NCBI GenBank assembly: GCA_938091905.1
Contig: CALKOM010000193.1
Coordinates: 1-33,178, forward strand
Direction: 5' to 3'
DNA from: an uncultured Verrucomicrobiales bacterium
Lineage (GTDB): Bacteria; Verrucomicrobiota; Verrucomicrobiia; Verrucomicrobiales; DEV007
DNA: 33,178 nt
Positions within the stretch are counted from its first letter, which is position 1; every line of letters begins with the position of its first letter. This document shows positions 1 through 8,345 of this stretch, piece by piece. A program made the translations under genes and the position numbers. Below the pieces are notes generated by a model. That model saw only the letters and a list, made by a program, of their open reading frames with translations, had not been told where the DNA came from and did not search any database.

Positions 1-89
1 ACGAGATCGTCTTCAGGCACCCAATCTCGCATGTCCACGGGTAGTAGCATTGGGGTGTCACGGTCGACATCTACGAAGCGGGCGCTCAT
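1..89 (-). CDS. IS1182-family transposase, N-terminal part (partial at window edge)
   Basis: Hand translation from ATG at 89: MSARFVDVDRDTPMLLPVDMRDWVPEDDL, matching the IS1182 N-terminal pattern DR..xxLLPxDxxDWxPxD. Confidence 0.85.
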   Translation of the reverse strand, partial: MSARFVDVDRDTPMLLPVDMRDWVPEDDL

Positions 90-141
90 AGCTTAAATTC
101 TAGCATCAACCGCAACTTGGTAAAGTCCGACAGACTCCTAG
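1..141 (-). mobile_element. IS1182-family insertion sequence, left end (continues beyond window start)
   Basis: Terminal sequence CTAGGAGTCTGTCGGACTTTA (minus strand, 141->121) resembles IS1182-type ends. It is followed by TGnTAGAAT (-10 at 97-102) and a transposase start at 89. The host DUF47 frame resumes exactly at the CTAG (138-141). Confidence 0.85.
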
Positions 142-380
142 AAGTCGGCTTTGGCGGAAAGCAATCCGCCATAGTGGTGGAAATGATCGCAGAGCTTCGC
201 CACTTGGAGCACAAGAACGACGCGATTCTAACATCGATCAACCGGGCATTGTTCAAGATGGAGGATGAGATGAAGCCCATGGATGTCGTGTTCTGGTATC
301 GCGCCTTTGAGCTACTTGGGCGTATTTCTAACAAAGCCGAAAACGTCGGCGATCGCGTACTCTTGGTCATTGCCAAATAA
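139..380 (+). pseudogene. 3' remnant of DUF47/TIGR00153 (PhoU-like) phosphate transport regulator, interrupted by IS1182
   Basis: LEVGFGG...ELRHLEHKND...LFKMEDEMKPMDVVFWY...GRISNKAENVGDRVLLVIAK is the TIGR00153 C-terminus. It sits in the canonical position directly upstream of pit, and its N-terminal part is replaced by IS sequence. Confidence 0.85.
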
Positions 381-412
381 GACGCTCTCACACATCCACC
401 ACACTCTATCAG

Positions 413-1675
413 ATGGATATTATTGCCAACTACGGATGGATCTTCATCACGCTCGCTGTTTGTTTCGGATTCTTCATGACCTGGGGCATCGGCGCAAATG
501 ATGTCGCCAATGCCATGGGGACATCAGTCGGGTCTGGGGCCATTACGGTCAAACAAGCGATTATCATCGCCGCTGTGTTCGAATTCGCCGGCGCCTTCTT
601 GGCTGGAGGGAATGTTACCGACACGATTAGAAAAGGCATCGTGGATCCCGCGATGTTTACCGATCAACCTCAGCTCCTGGTCTACGGCATGCTAGCGGCT
701 TTGTTAGCGGCAGCAATCTGGCTTTTTGTCGCCACAACCAAAGGATGGCCAGTTTCCACGACACATACCATCGTCGGCGCTTTGGTTGGGTTTGCCGTTG
801 CAGGCGCTGGTGCAAATTCGGTCGACTGGGGCGTCGTTGGAAAAATTGTTGCAAGCTGGCTTGTCTCTCCACTCCTTGGCGGAACGATCTCTTTTGTGCT
901 CATGATTAGTATTCAAAGACTGATCCTCAATGCTGATGATCCTTTCAAAGCCGCCAAAGCTTGGGGACCGTTTTATGTGTTCCTTGTTGGCTTCGTGGTC
1001 GCCCTAGTGACGATGTTCAAAGGTCTAAAGCACCTCAAGCTTGAACTCAGTACTCCCATGAGCTTTGCCGCAGCCGCAGTAATCGGTATTCTGATTGCAG
1101 CGATCGGCAAGATTCTAATCATTCGAGTTAAGCAATTACCTGGCGAAGATGATGATTTTCAGTTTACCAGCGTGGAAAAGGTATTTACCCCCATGATGAT
1201 CTTCACCGCATGTGCCATGGCATTCGCCCATGGATCTAACGATGTTGCCAACGGCATTGGCCCGCTAGCAGCAGTTGTTAGTATCGTACAAGCGAATGGC
1301 GAGATTGCGGCGAAAGCAGGCTTGCCACTCTGGGTCCTCATTGTTGGCGGCGCTGGCATCGTCTTAGGACTGGCGACCTATGGTTACAAGGTCATGCAAA
1401 CTATTGGAACAAGGATCACGGAGCTCACTCCTTCACGTGGCTACTGCGCTACGATGGCCGCAGCCGTTACCGTGGTCATCGCCTCTAAGCTCAAGCTTCC
1501 TGTTTCTACCACGCACATCGCCGTCGGCGCTGTCATGGGCGTTGGGCTTGCTCGTGGCATGGGAGCGTTAGACCTTCGAGTCCTTCTCAACATTGTCGTA
1601 TCTTGGATCATCACCCTGCCTGCCGGCGGCCTTCTCGCTATTCTGTTCTTCTACATACTCAAGGCCTGCTTCTAG
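413..1675 (+). CDS. pit: Inorganic phosphate transporter, PiT/PHO4 family
   Basis: 420 aa polytopic membrane protein with both PiT signatures, GANDVANAMGTSVGS and HGSNDVANGIGP, plus two PVSTTH motifs. Confidence 0.95.
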   Translation: MDIIANYGWIFITLAVCFGFFMTWGIGANDVANAMGTSVGSGAITVKQAIIIAAVFEFAGAFLAGGNVTDTIRKGIVDPAMFTDQPQLLVYGMLAALLAAAIWLFVATTKGWPVSTTHTIVGALVGFAVAGAGANSVDWGVVGKIVASWLVSPLLGGTISFVLMISIQRLILNADDPFKAAKAWGPFYVFLVGFVVALVTMFKGLKHLKLELSTPMSFAAAAVIGILIAAIGKILIIRVKQLPGEDDDFQFTSVEKVFTPMMIFTACAMAFAHGSNDVANGIGPLAAVVSIVQANGEIAAKAGLPLWVLIVGGAGIVLGLATYGYKVMQTIGTRITELTPSRGYCATMAAAVTVVIASKLKLPVSTTHIAVGAVMGVGLARGMGALDLRVLLNIVVSWIITLPAGGLLAILFFYILKACF

Positions 1676-1870
1676 TTTTCGGCTACCGCTCCAATGCGCC
1701 TTTGCACTTGCCATAATGGCCCGTAGCTCCCAGCAAAGCAACGCTCTCAAATTCTTATAGGAATACTCTCAAAGACAGCGCGACTTCGCCGGACTTTACG
1801 GCCAGTAGCGCAGTTTGGAACTAAATGGTGCGGAAATAAGCCGGGGTTAGGAGGATGAATGACTCCCATG

Positions 1871-2063
1871 GTCGCGTAGCGATCGGTCATGTTAGCCGGG
1901 CGTTTCAACGCCCGCAAGCCATCGATCGAACGGTAGCGTCCCGGAGGGGCCGCTCATTCCGAGGGCGCCCAATCCCATGAACGGTCGCTACATGACACTG
2001 AAACATCCCAATCGATGACCGGGCGTTGAAACGCCCAGTTGGCACGATGAATCGCACCGCAAC
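1871..2063. repeat. Composite REP-like inverted repeat element
   Basis: Hairpin CGGGCGTT-TC-AACGCCCG (1897-1914) with an inverted copy GGGCGTTGAAACGCCC (2021-2036). GTCGCGTAGCGAT (1871-1883) has degenerate inverted copies at 1984-1996 and 2051-2063. Confidence 0.7.
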
Positions 2064-2148
2064 AATTCCGACGGAAAGTCTCACATTCATCGAAATAATA
2101 CCTATTTCCCCGCCATTCAGTTTCGGGCTGCCCCTAACCCAGCCAGCC

Positions 2149-2331
2149 CTAAGCGTACTTCGCTGGCATCTTGCCAAAGGCCTTCTCTGGTTTGCAAAGA
2201 AGGCGAGGGCAGTTCGCCGCTCGAAAGCACTTTCGGCAAATGAATTGGGGATCACGGATACACGCCTCAATCAACGCTCGATCTCGTTTGAGAGAACGCT
2301 TCTTCTTGAAATCACATAGAGTCGTGGCCAT
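2149..2331 (-). CDS. Small basic Cys-rich protein (60 aa), putative metal-binding, function unknown
   Basis: MATTLCDFKKKRSLKRDRALIEACIRDPQFICRKCFRAANCPRLLCKPEKAFGKMPAKYA contains the pattern TLC...PxFICxKCxRxAN...LCKP. The ATG is preceded by a TTGATC-N17-CAATTG promoter-like sequence and a palindromic operator. Confidence 0.75.
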   Translation of the reverse strand: MATTLCDFKKKRSLKRDRALIEACIRDPQFICRKCFRAANCPRLLCKPEKAFGKMPAKYA

Positions 2332-2335
2332 GTCG

Positions 2336-2358
2336 TTGCAATTGAGACTCAATCGCAA
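2336..2358. promoter_or_regulatory. Palindromic operator copy 1 (putative Fur-type metal-responsive box)
   Basis: TTGCAATTGAG-A-CTCAATCGCAA, an 11-1-11 inverted repeat with one mismatch, 4 bp upstream of the small Cys-rich gene. Confidence 0.75.
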
Positions 2359-2528
2359 TTAGATCAAGAGACAATCTTGACCTCTTTCAGGAACACATAG
2401 GCCTCGCCATTCGTGTCAGTTTGTTTACATCGAGCTGCATGAGACCGAGATCAAACTCGCGGGTGGCTCAATTCATAAATCGTTGGCTATCAGCGATTTC
2501 CATCTATTACCTTTCGCCTACAAATTCC

Positions 2529-2587
2529 TTGTTGCGATTGAGTCTCAATTGCATTAACTCTTTGTTGCGATTGAGTCTCAATTGCAT
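2529..2587. promoter_or_regulatory. Palindromic operator copies 2 and 3 (tandem, 33-bp period) upstream of the TonB-dependent receptor
   Basis: TTGTTGCGATTGAGTCTCAATTGCAT occurs identically at 2529-2554 and 2562-2587. Its core is the reverse complement of copy 1. Confidence 0.8.
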
Positions 2588-2602
2588 ATCAAACACAAAA
2601 CC

Positions 2603-4864
2603 ATGTTTCAACTGTCCAAATTCATTCAAGCCGCTGCTCTATTTGCCTCTGCCTCACTGCCCACCCTTGGGCAGGAAACTTCTTCTAACACCGAACCGAA
2701 TCTTCTGCTCGATGCCGGCAACGCCGTTCTCGAACCAATGACTGTCATTGGTAGCAAGGAAGACACGGTAGAACTGCAAGGTTCCGGTTACTATGTGGAC
2801 TCCGAAGAAATCCGCACCCAGAACTATTCCAATGTGAATCGCATCCTCGCTAAGGTTCCTGGAGTGTATGTACGAGAGGAAGACGGTTCAGGAAACTTTC
2901 CTAACATCTCCCTGCGTGGTGCAGACGGAACACGTTCTGAGAAAACTACCGTAATGGAAGATGGTATTCTCAGTGCACCGGCAACCTACTCCGCTCCTGG
3001 TGCCTACTACTCTCCACGCGCTGGGCGTATGAGTGGCATCGAAGTGCTCAAGGGATCGAGCCAGATCAAGTACGGCCCACACACAACCGGCGGGGTGATC
3101 AATTACCTCTCGACACCTATCCCAGAGGAAAGCCATTTCTACGGACGCTACACCTACGGCACAGACAACACGATGTTAGGCCATTTCCACTATGGCAACA
3201 CCGTCGACACAGATGCCGGGAAGTTCGGCTACCTGTTCGAGCTCTTTGCGAACACCACTGACGGCTTTCGCGGGATTCAGAAGGGCACCGGCTACACCGG
3301 TTCTGACAACACTGGTTTTGAGGTCTATGAGCCCATGGTCAAGCTGTCCTGGGAACCGAACACGGCACTGCCACAGCGTTTCGAGTTCAAGTACGGCTAC
3401 ACCGATCTCGATGCCGATGAGACTTACACCGGACTGACCGAGAGCGACGTCAGCCGTCACCCAGATTGGCGCTATGCGGCCACTCGATTTGACAACATTC
3501 AGACCAAACATCACCGCACCTATCTGAAGTACGTTGTCGAACCGACCGATAACCTGCGTATCGAAGCCGCTGGTTACTACAATGAGTTCTCACGCAACTG
3601 GTACAAATTGGACGGGGCGAGCGGCGACACCTTCTCAAACGTCCGCTCGGCCTTGCTAGACCCAGCCGGTCAAGCATTCCTTCGAGGACGCGGCGCAGGC
3701 ACAGGCCGTGTGCGAGCCAACAACCGAGACTACGAACAGTACGGGTTCCAAGTTGCTGGTGACTACGCCTTCGAATCAGGTTCATTGGAGCACGAAATAC
3801 ACTTCGGCGCCCGCGTTCACATGGACGAAATTCGTCGGTTCCAACGCGATGATCGCTTTGTTCAAGATGATACAGGGCAAGTAGTTGATTTCATTACCGG
3901 TGAAGAAGGCAGCGGCGGCAATCGCTTCCAAGAATCCACCGCCATCGCCCTCTGGCTACAAGACGATATTACGTTAGGTTCCCTAACCGTCACGCCAGGA
4001 GTTCGATTCGAAACGATCGATCAAGACTACACCGACTACGCCAGTGACTCCACGAATACGCAGACTGGCAACGATGGTGACACGATTGACTTCGTCGCCC
4101 CTGGAGTAAGTTTCAGTCTCGACCTCACCGAGACGGAGCAGCTCTTTGGCGGCGTTTTCAAAGGTGTGTCTGTGCCAGGCCCTCGTTCGTCTGTGCGAAG
4201 TGGCGTCGACCTTGAGGAGTCCATTGGCTATGAGCTAGGGTTGCGCACGCAGAAAGACAACGGCCTCTTTGGTGAATTCGTCTGGTTCTACACCGATTTC
4301 GATAATCTGATCGGAACAGATTCCGGTTTTGGAGAGAACAACACGGAGACCAATGCCGGCGAGGCTACGGTCTGGGGACTCGAAGGTTCGCTGCGCTACG
4401 ATCCACTCGAGAGCAGCGCCTACGATCTTTCCATGCCCATGTATGTCAGCGCCACGTGGACCAATGCAGAATTTGATTCCGACCTCGCCAGTGGTGGTGG
4501 AGACGGCATCTATGCCGGCGCCAATAGCGGTTCCGAGATTCCCTACATCCCAGAGTTTCAGCTCGCCGTGGGCGTCGGACTGCAGACGGAGACATGGGGA
4601 GCCAACCTTGATCTCACCTACCAGACAGAAACCTTTGGCACCGCACAGAACCTCGATGATCCCGTCAACACAGCACGTGAAGGCAAGATCGACGATCTCC
4701 TCTTACTCGACCTCTCGGCGTTCTATCAGGTTAACGAGAACTTCAAACTGATTGGCGGAGTCTCCAACCTCACAGATGAGCGTGGCATCGTCTCTCGCGT
4801 CCCCCGAGGCCCACGCACGAATCAAGGCCGCGCCTTCTGGTTCGGCGCTGAATTCGATTATTGA
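2603..4864 (+). CDS. TonB-dependent outer membrane receptor, FecA-like (probable iron uptake)
   Basis: Signal peptide from ATG 2603; plug motifs KVPGVYVREEDGSGNFPNISLRG and IEVLKGSSQIKYGPHTTGGVIN; beta-barrel composition; aromatic C-terminus (GAEFDY). Confidence 0.93.
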   Translation: MFQLSKFIQAAALFASASLPTLGQETSSNTEPNLLLDAGNAVLEPMTVIGSKEDTVELQGSGYYVDSEEIRTQNYSNVNRILAKVPGVYVREEDGSGNFPNISLRGADGTRSEKTTVMEDGILSAPATYSAPGAYYSPRAGRMSGIEVLKGSSQIKYGPHTTGGVINYLSTPIPEESHFYGRYTYGTDNTMLGHFHYGNTVDTDAGKFGYLFELFANTTDGFRGIQKGTGYTGSDNTGFEVYEPMVKLSWEPNTALPQRFEFKYGYTDLDADETYTGLTESDVSRHPDWRYAATRFDNIQTKHHRTYLKYVVEPTDNLRIEAAGYYNEFSRNWYKLDGASGDTFSNVRSALLDPAGQAFLRGRGAGTGRVRANNRDYEQYGFQVAGDYAFESGSLEHEIHFGARVHMDEIRRFQRDDRFVQDDTGQVVDFITGEEGSGGNRFQESTAIALWLQDDITLGSLTVTPGVRFETIDQDYTDYASDSTNTQTGNDGDTIDFVAPGVSFSLDLTETEQLFGGVFKGVSVPGPRSSVRSGVDLEESIGYELGLRTQKDNGLFGEFVWFYTDFDNLIGTDSGFGENNTETNAGEATVWGLEGSLRYDPLESSAYDLSMPMYVSATWTNAEFDSDLASGGGDGIYAGANSGSEIPYIPEFQLAVGVGLQTETWGANLDLTYQTETFGTAQNLDDPVNTAREGKIDDLLLLDLSAFYQVNENFKLIGGVSNLTDERGIVSRVPRGPRTNQGRAFWFGAEFDY

Positions 4865-4893
4865 TGGACTACTTGACGAAATACCTAGAACAC

Positions 4894-4930
4894 AACGCGG
4901 CACTTGGAAACGAGTGCCGCGTTACTTTTA
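4894..4930 (+). terminator. Intrinsic terminator after the receptor gene
   Basis: Stem AACGCGGCACTTG-GAAA-CGAGTGCCGCGTT followed by ACTTTTA. Confidence 0.8.
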
Positions 4931-4932
4931 TT

Positions 4933-4956
4933 GTAGCGCAACTTTCCGAAGTTGCG
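4933..4956. repeat. REP-like hairpin (GTAG-led)
   Basis: GTAG followed by CGCAACTT-TCCG-AAGTTGCG, immediately after the stop of the convergent FAH gene. Confidence 0.5.
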
Positions 4957-5817
4957 TCACTTCGCTGCCCAAGGTTTTACCTCTTGGCGCTGCTCACCAA
5001 GCCCCTCAATGCCTAACGTCACCACCTCACCACCTTTGAGGAAGACTGGCGGATCGAGACCGATTCCCACACCAGCCGGCGTCCCTGTCGATATCACGTC
5101 CCCAGGCAGAAGCGTCATAAACTGACTCAGCTCTGACACAATGGTTGGCACATCAAAGATGAGGTCATTCGTGTTACTATCCTGCCGAAGTTCATCATCC
5201 ACCTTCAGCCAAAGTCTGAGCTTATGCACGTCAGCGATCTCATCCTTGGTCGCAATGAATGGTCCCAATGGCGCAAAGGTATCGCAGCTCTTGCCCTTCA
5301 CCCATTGGCCTCCACGCTCAATCTGAAATTCGCGCTCGCTGTAATCATTGTGCAGCGCATAGCCCGCCACGTGATCAAGAGCGTTCTCCTTTGAGACATA
5401 AGAGGCCTTCTTTCCAATCACCACGGCAAGTTCGACTTCCCAATCCGTCTTCTCACTGTTCTTGGGAATGGTGAGACCGTCGTTAGGTCCCACCATCGCT
5501 GAGGTCGCCTTAAAGAAGACGACCGGCTCTTTCGGCACGTCCATGCCAGACTCTGCCGCGTGCGCCGCATAGTTCAGACCGATGCAAATCAACTTGCTCG
5601 GGCGGCACAGCGGAGATCCCAAACGTGTCTCGTCCGAAACTGAAGGCGCACTTCCAGCATTCTCTCCGGCCCAAGCGGCCAGACGTTCGAGTCCGTCGCC
5701 TCCGAAGAAAGCTTCGTCATAGTCTTGGCCAAAGCCACTAGCGTCGATGCGTTTCCCGGCAGCCAACTGTAGGCCGGGCTTCTCTTGTCCTGGTGCTCCA
5801 AAGCGAATGAGTTTCAT
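4957..5817 (-). CDS. Fumarylacetoacetate hydrolase family protein (possible 2,4-diketo-3-deoxy-sugar-acid hydrolase)
   Basis: Motifs CIGLNY, DWEVEL, NDYSER, KGKSCDTFAPLGP and LLPGDVISTGTP. Confidence 0.92.
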   Translation of the reverse strand: MKLIRFGAPGQEKPGLQLAAGKRIDASGFGQDYDEAFFGGDGLERLAAWAGENAGSAPSVSDETRLGSPLCRPSKLICIGLNYAAHAAESGMDVPKEPVVFFKATSAMVGPNDGLTIPKNSEKTDWEVELAVVIGKKASYVSKENALDHVAGYALHNDYSEREFQIERGGQWVKGKSCDTFAPLGPFIATKDEIADVHKLRLWLKVDDELRQDSNTNDLIFDVPTIVSELSQFMTLLPGDVISTGTPAGVGIGLDPPVFLKGGEVVTLGIEGLGEQRQEVKPWAAK

Positions 5818-5859
5818 GATAGTCTTAAGTAGTCTTACTTTGTTAGATCTCTATTTGAT

Positions 5860-5906
5860 ATAGCTCGGGCATCCTGCTCGAGTCGCGGCCTGGAAAACCG
5901 CGCTAC
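5860..5906. repeat. REP-like inverted pair
   Basis: ATAG-CTCGGGCA-TCC-TGCTCGAG followed by CGCGGCCTGGAAAACCGCG-CTAC (GTAG on the minus strand). Confidence 0.55.
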
Positions 5907-5932
5907 GGCAAGAAGCGCCTGTTCAGTGATAA

Positions 5933-6712
5933 TTAGCGCAGCAACGTGCAACCTCCGTCAATATCGTAAGCACTCCCAGTAATAAAGGCAGCTTCATCCG
6001 AACAAAGGTACACGGCGAGTCCCGCGATCTCTTCCGGTTTGCCCATGCGCCCGATGGGCTGATACTTTGAAAGCTTATCAAACACCGCCTCCTCTTCCCC
6101 AGGATAGTTCTTCTTGATGAAGCCATCGACAAACGGTGTGTGGACACGGCCCGGGCAGATGCAATTGCATCGAATTCCCTTCTCCACATAATCACGCGCC
6201 ACGGATAAGGTCATCGTTAGAACCGCCCCCTTACTCATCGAGTAGGCAAAGCGATCCTGAATCCCCAAAGTCGACGCAATCGAAGCCATATTAAGGATCA
6301 CCCCTTGCCCCCCCTCAATCATTCCATCAATCGCCGCCCGCATACAGTGATAGACGCCCTTCACGTTCACCCCATAAATCCGATCCAAGTCCTCAGATGT
6401 CGTGGTCTCAAGATTGCCGACATGAGCAATGCCAGCATTATTCACCAGCACATCAACCGGGCCGCGTTCAGACGCCGACTTGTCGAACGCTCCTTTAACC
6501 GAGGCTTCATCGGCCACATCCACGATCACCACATGCCCAGAGCCGCCAGCCCCAGAAATCAAGCCACGCGTCGCTTCCGCCGCATCCGCATCGCGTTCGA
6601 GGATCTCCACCACTGCGCCCTCTGCAGCAAAGCGCACGGCGATCGCCTGCCCGATTCCAGAACCAGCGCCCGTGATAGCCACATGCTTATTCTCTAGTCG
6701 TAGTCCGCTCAT
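5933..6712 (-). CDS. Short-chain dehydrogenase/reductase (2-keto-3-deoxy-L-fuconate dehydrogenase-like)
   Basis: Motifs TGAGSGIG, NNAG, YSMSK catalytic motif and CPGRVHTPF. Start moved to ATG 6712, downstream of TTGACG-N17-TAGCGA. Confidence 0.92.
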   Translation of the reverse strand: MSGLRLENKHVAITGAGSGIGQAIAVRFAAEGAVVEILERDADAAEATRGLISGAGGSGHVVIVDVADEASVKGAFDKSASERGPVDVLVNNAGIAHVGNLETTTSEDLDRIYGVNVKGVYHCMRAAIDGMIEGGQGVILNMASIASTLGIQDRFAYSMSKGAVLTMTLSVARDYVEKGIRCNCICPGRVHTPFVDGFIKKNYPGEEEAVFDKLSKYQPIGRMGKPEEIAGLAVYLCSDEAAFITGSAYDIDGGCTLLR

Positions 6713-6814
6713 GAGCGCCTTCGCTACCAAGCGTCCGCAGGATCGTCAAGATCCAGACACAACTTTGCAGGGGCAGGCGCTCGAGAATTAGCCTTTCTAA
6801 ACGACTACGTTCCG

Positions 6815-7878
6815 TCAGTTTAGCTTCAAACCCTCTTTCTGATTCATGACCACCCGAAGATATCCAATTCCTCGCCCGGCCTCTGCTTCACATCCGCTGC
6901 TTCGTAGTCTGTGAGAATACCCCCGCTCGCCCAATGCTGTAGGTCCGTACTTGTCTCCGCATCTTAGGGGATATCCGTGCGTGCTAACTCTCCCGTAGGC
7001 TACTCGTAGGAAATCGCTAAAAAGCGTTCCGCTCCTCTTCCCACGACATGAGGACCTGGCAGAAGCTCGACATCCGAAACGAGTGGGTTCATAGCAAAGG
7101 CATACTCTTGCAGATTCGTCAACAGCTCGAAAGGTTCCCGTCAAGAGAATGCCATCGTCTATATTCGTAAGTTCGGCGTTGCTATTTCGAGTCACCATGC
7201 ACAATGCAAAGCTTCGATCACGCCGGTCTCCCCGTTGAAGAACTTGCTACCCCCGAACCACAGGTTAAACGGTCACTAACTGGCCAAAACCCGGATTCTC
7301 TGGCAGCGTGGCAGGTGCGAGGGCCTAGGAAACTTCTAAACCATCAAACTCTTCTTCTCGCATCATCGCTGTGTGAGGAGGGTCAACAATCGATGTTCCC
7401 AGGTCGCGATTCTCCACTTTCGTCGTGAAATTGGGTAGCACCTTCGTCAAACTATCCATGGCCAAGCGTGGTAGGTAGAAGGGCCTTGAAACATCGTTAG
7501 GAATCCTCTCAACGATTGTGATCGCTTCGCGAAAGCCTGCGTATCGAGATACCATCAGGTGATGGTTGCGCCGAGGCCACAGCTATATCTAACACTTGCA
7601 ATCCCCCAGGAATCCTATTCAGAACAAAGCGTCCATTCTGTAGCGGTGACCGCAGAGACACCCGTATCTACCAGCGAAACTACCGCACTAACAATAGCTT
7701 TATTTCCGCCGCCCACCGCATTGGTCGTATCCAACAAGACGCCTGACAACGAAGTTTCTCCATCCAGGGATGGTTCTTGCACGGAAATCGTAAGCGGCAG
7801 CCGTCCACTCACCTGGCCGTTGAAGGCCAGGTGAGTGAAGCTCGTGTTGCCAACATGACTCAAGGACGACCTCCACAA
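6815..7878 (-). pseudogene. Decayed Verrucomicrobia-type secreted/surface protein (5' extent uncertain)
   Basis: Hand translation from 7122: LTNLQEYAFAMNPLVSD...FLAISYE*...TDIP*DAETSTDLQHW, then a frameshift to GYLRVVM. This matches the N.xEY..x.P / S.DL..W / F(Y)LR C-terminal module. Stops at 7000-7002 and 6964-6966; upstream beta-rich fragments lie in different frames. Confidence 0.65.
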
Positions 7879-8345
7879 GAACTCGCCGGTCTTCAGCTGC
7901 TCCCGCCGGAACTGAGGGTCACCTGACCGAAATCACCTAGTTGAGGGCCCCATTACTTCTCGCCGTCAGTGAGTCGAAGTACACCGACATCTTCGAACAC
8001 GTTTCCGATCGATTAGCACATCTTTCCCACGTGCTGACGAACCAGTGCCTGGCGGTCAGGCCATCGAAAGGGATGTTGGCATCGACGAAAAGCTGATGCT
8101 GATAGAGCTAGCAGCCGTCGGAAGATAGACACTTCGTGACGCCCCGGGAATCGGCATGATCTCGTTCAAAAAACCATGTATATGATACTATTTCATCTAT
8201 CAGTCCCCTCTCCAGGCAGCGCTCTGGACACCATTCTCGCTCCCTAGGCACTCCCGAAACTTATGGAACTCATTCAGAAACATTGAGTTAACGAATCAGC
8301 ACCTAAACCAGGAAGGCAACGCCAATGCCGTCTTGGTCTAACAGA

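Noticed and set aside
117..380. 87-aa ORF as an intact gene
   Set aside because: The first codons come from the IS end; the rest is only the DUF47 C-terminus.
1905..2319. ORFs 1905-2270 (-) and 2026-2319 (+)
   Set aside because: They run through the REP-like element and overlap the better-supported Cys-rich ORF; composition is not protein-like.
2529..2587. Direct repeats as a mini CRISPR array
   Set aside because: Only two copies with a 7-bp gap, no spacers and no cas genes; the position over a promoter fits an operator.
8108..8123. CTAGCAGCCGTCGGA resembling an IS1182 terminal repeat
   Set aside because: Short gapped match with no partner end or transposase sequence nearby; could be chance.
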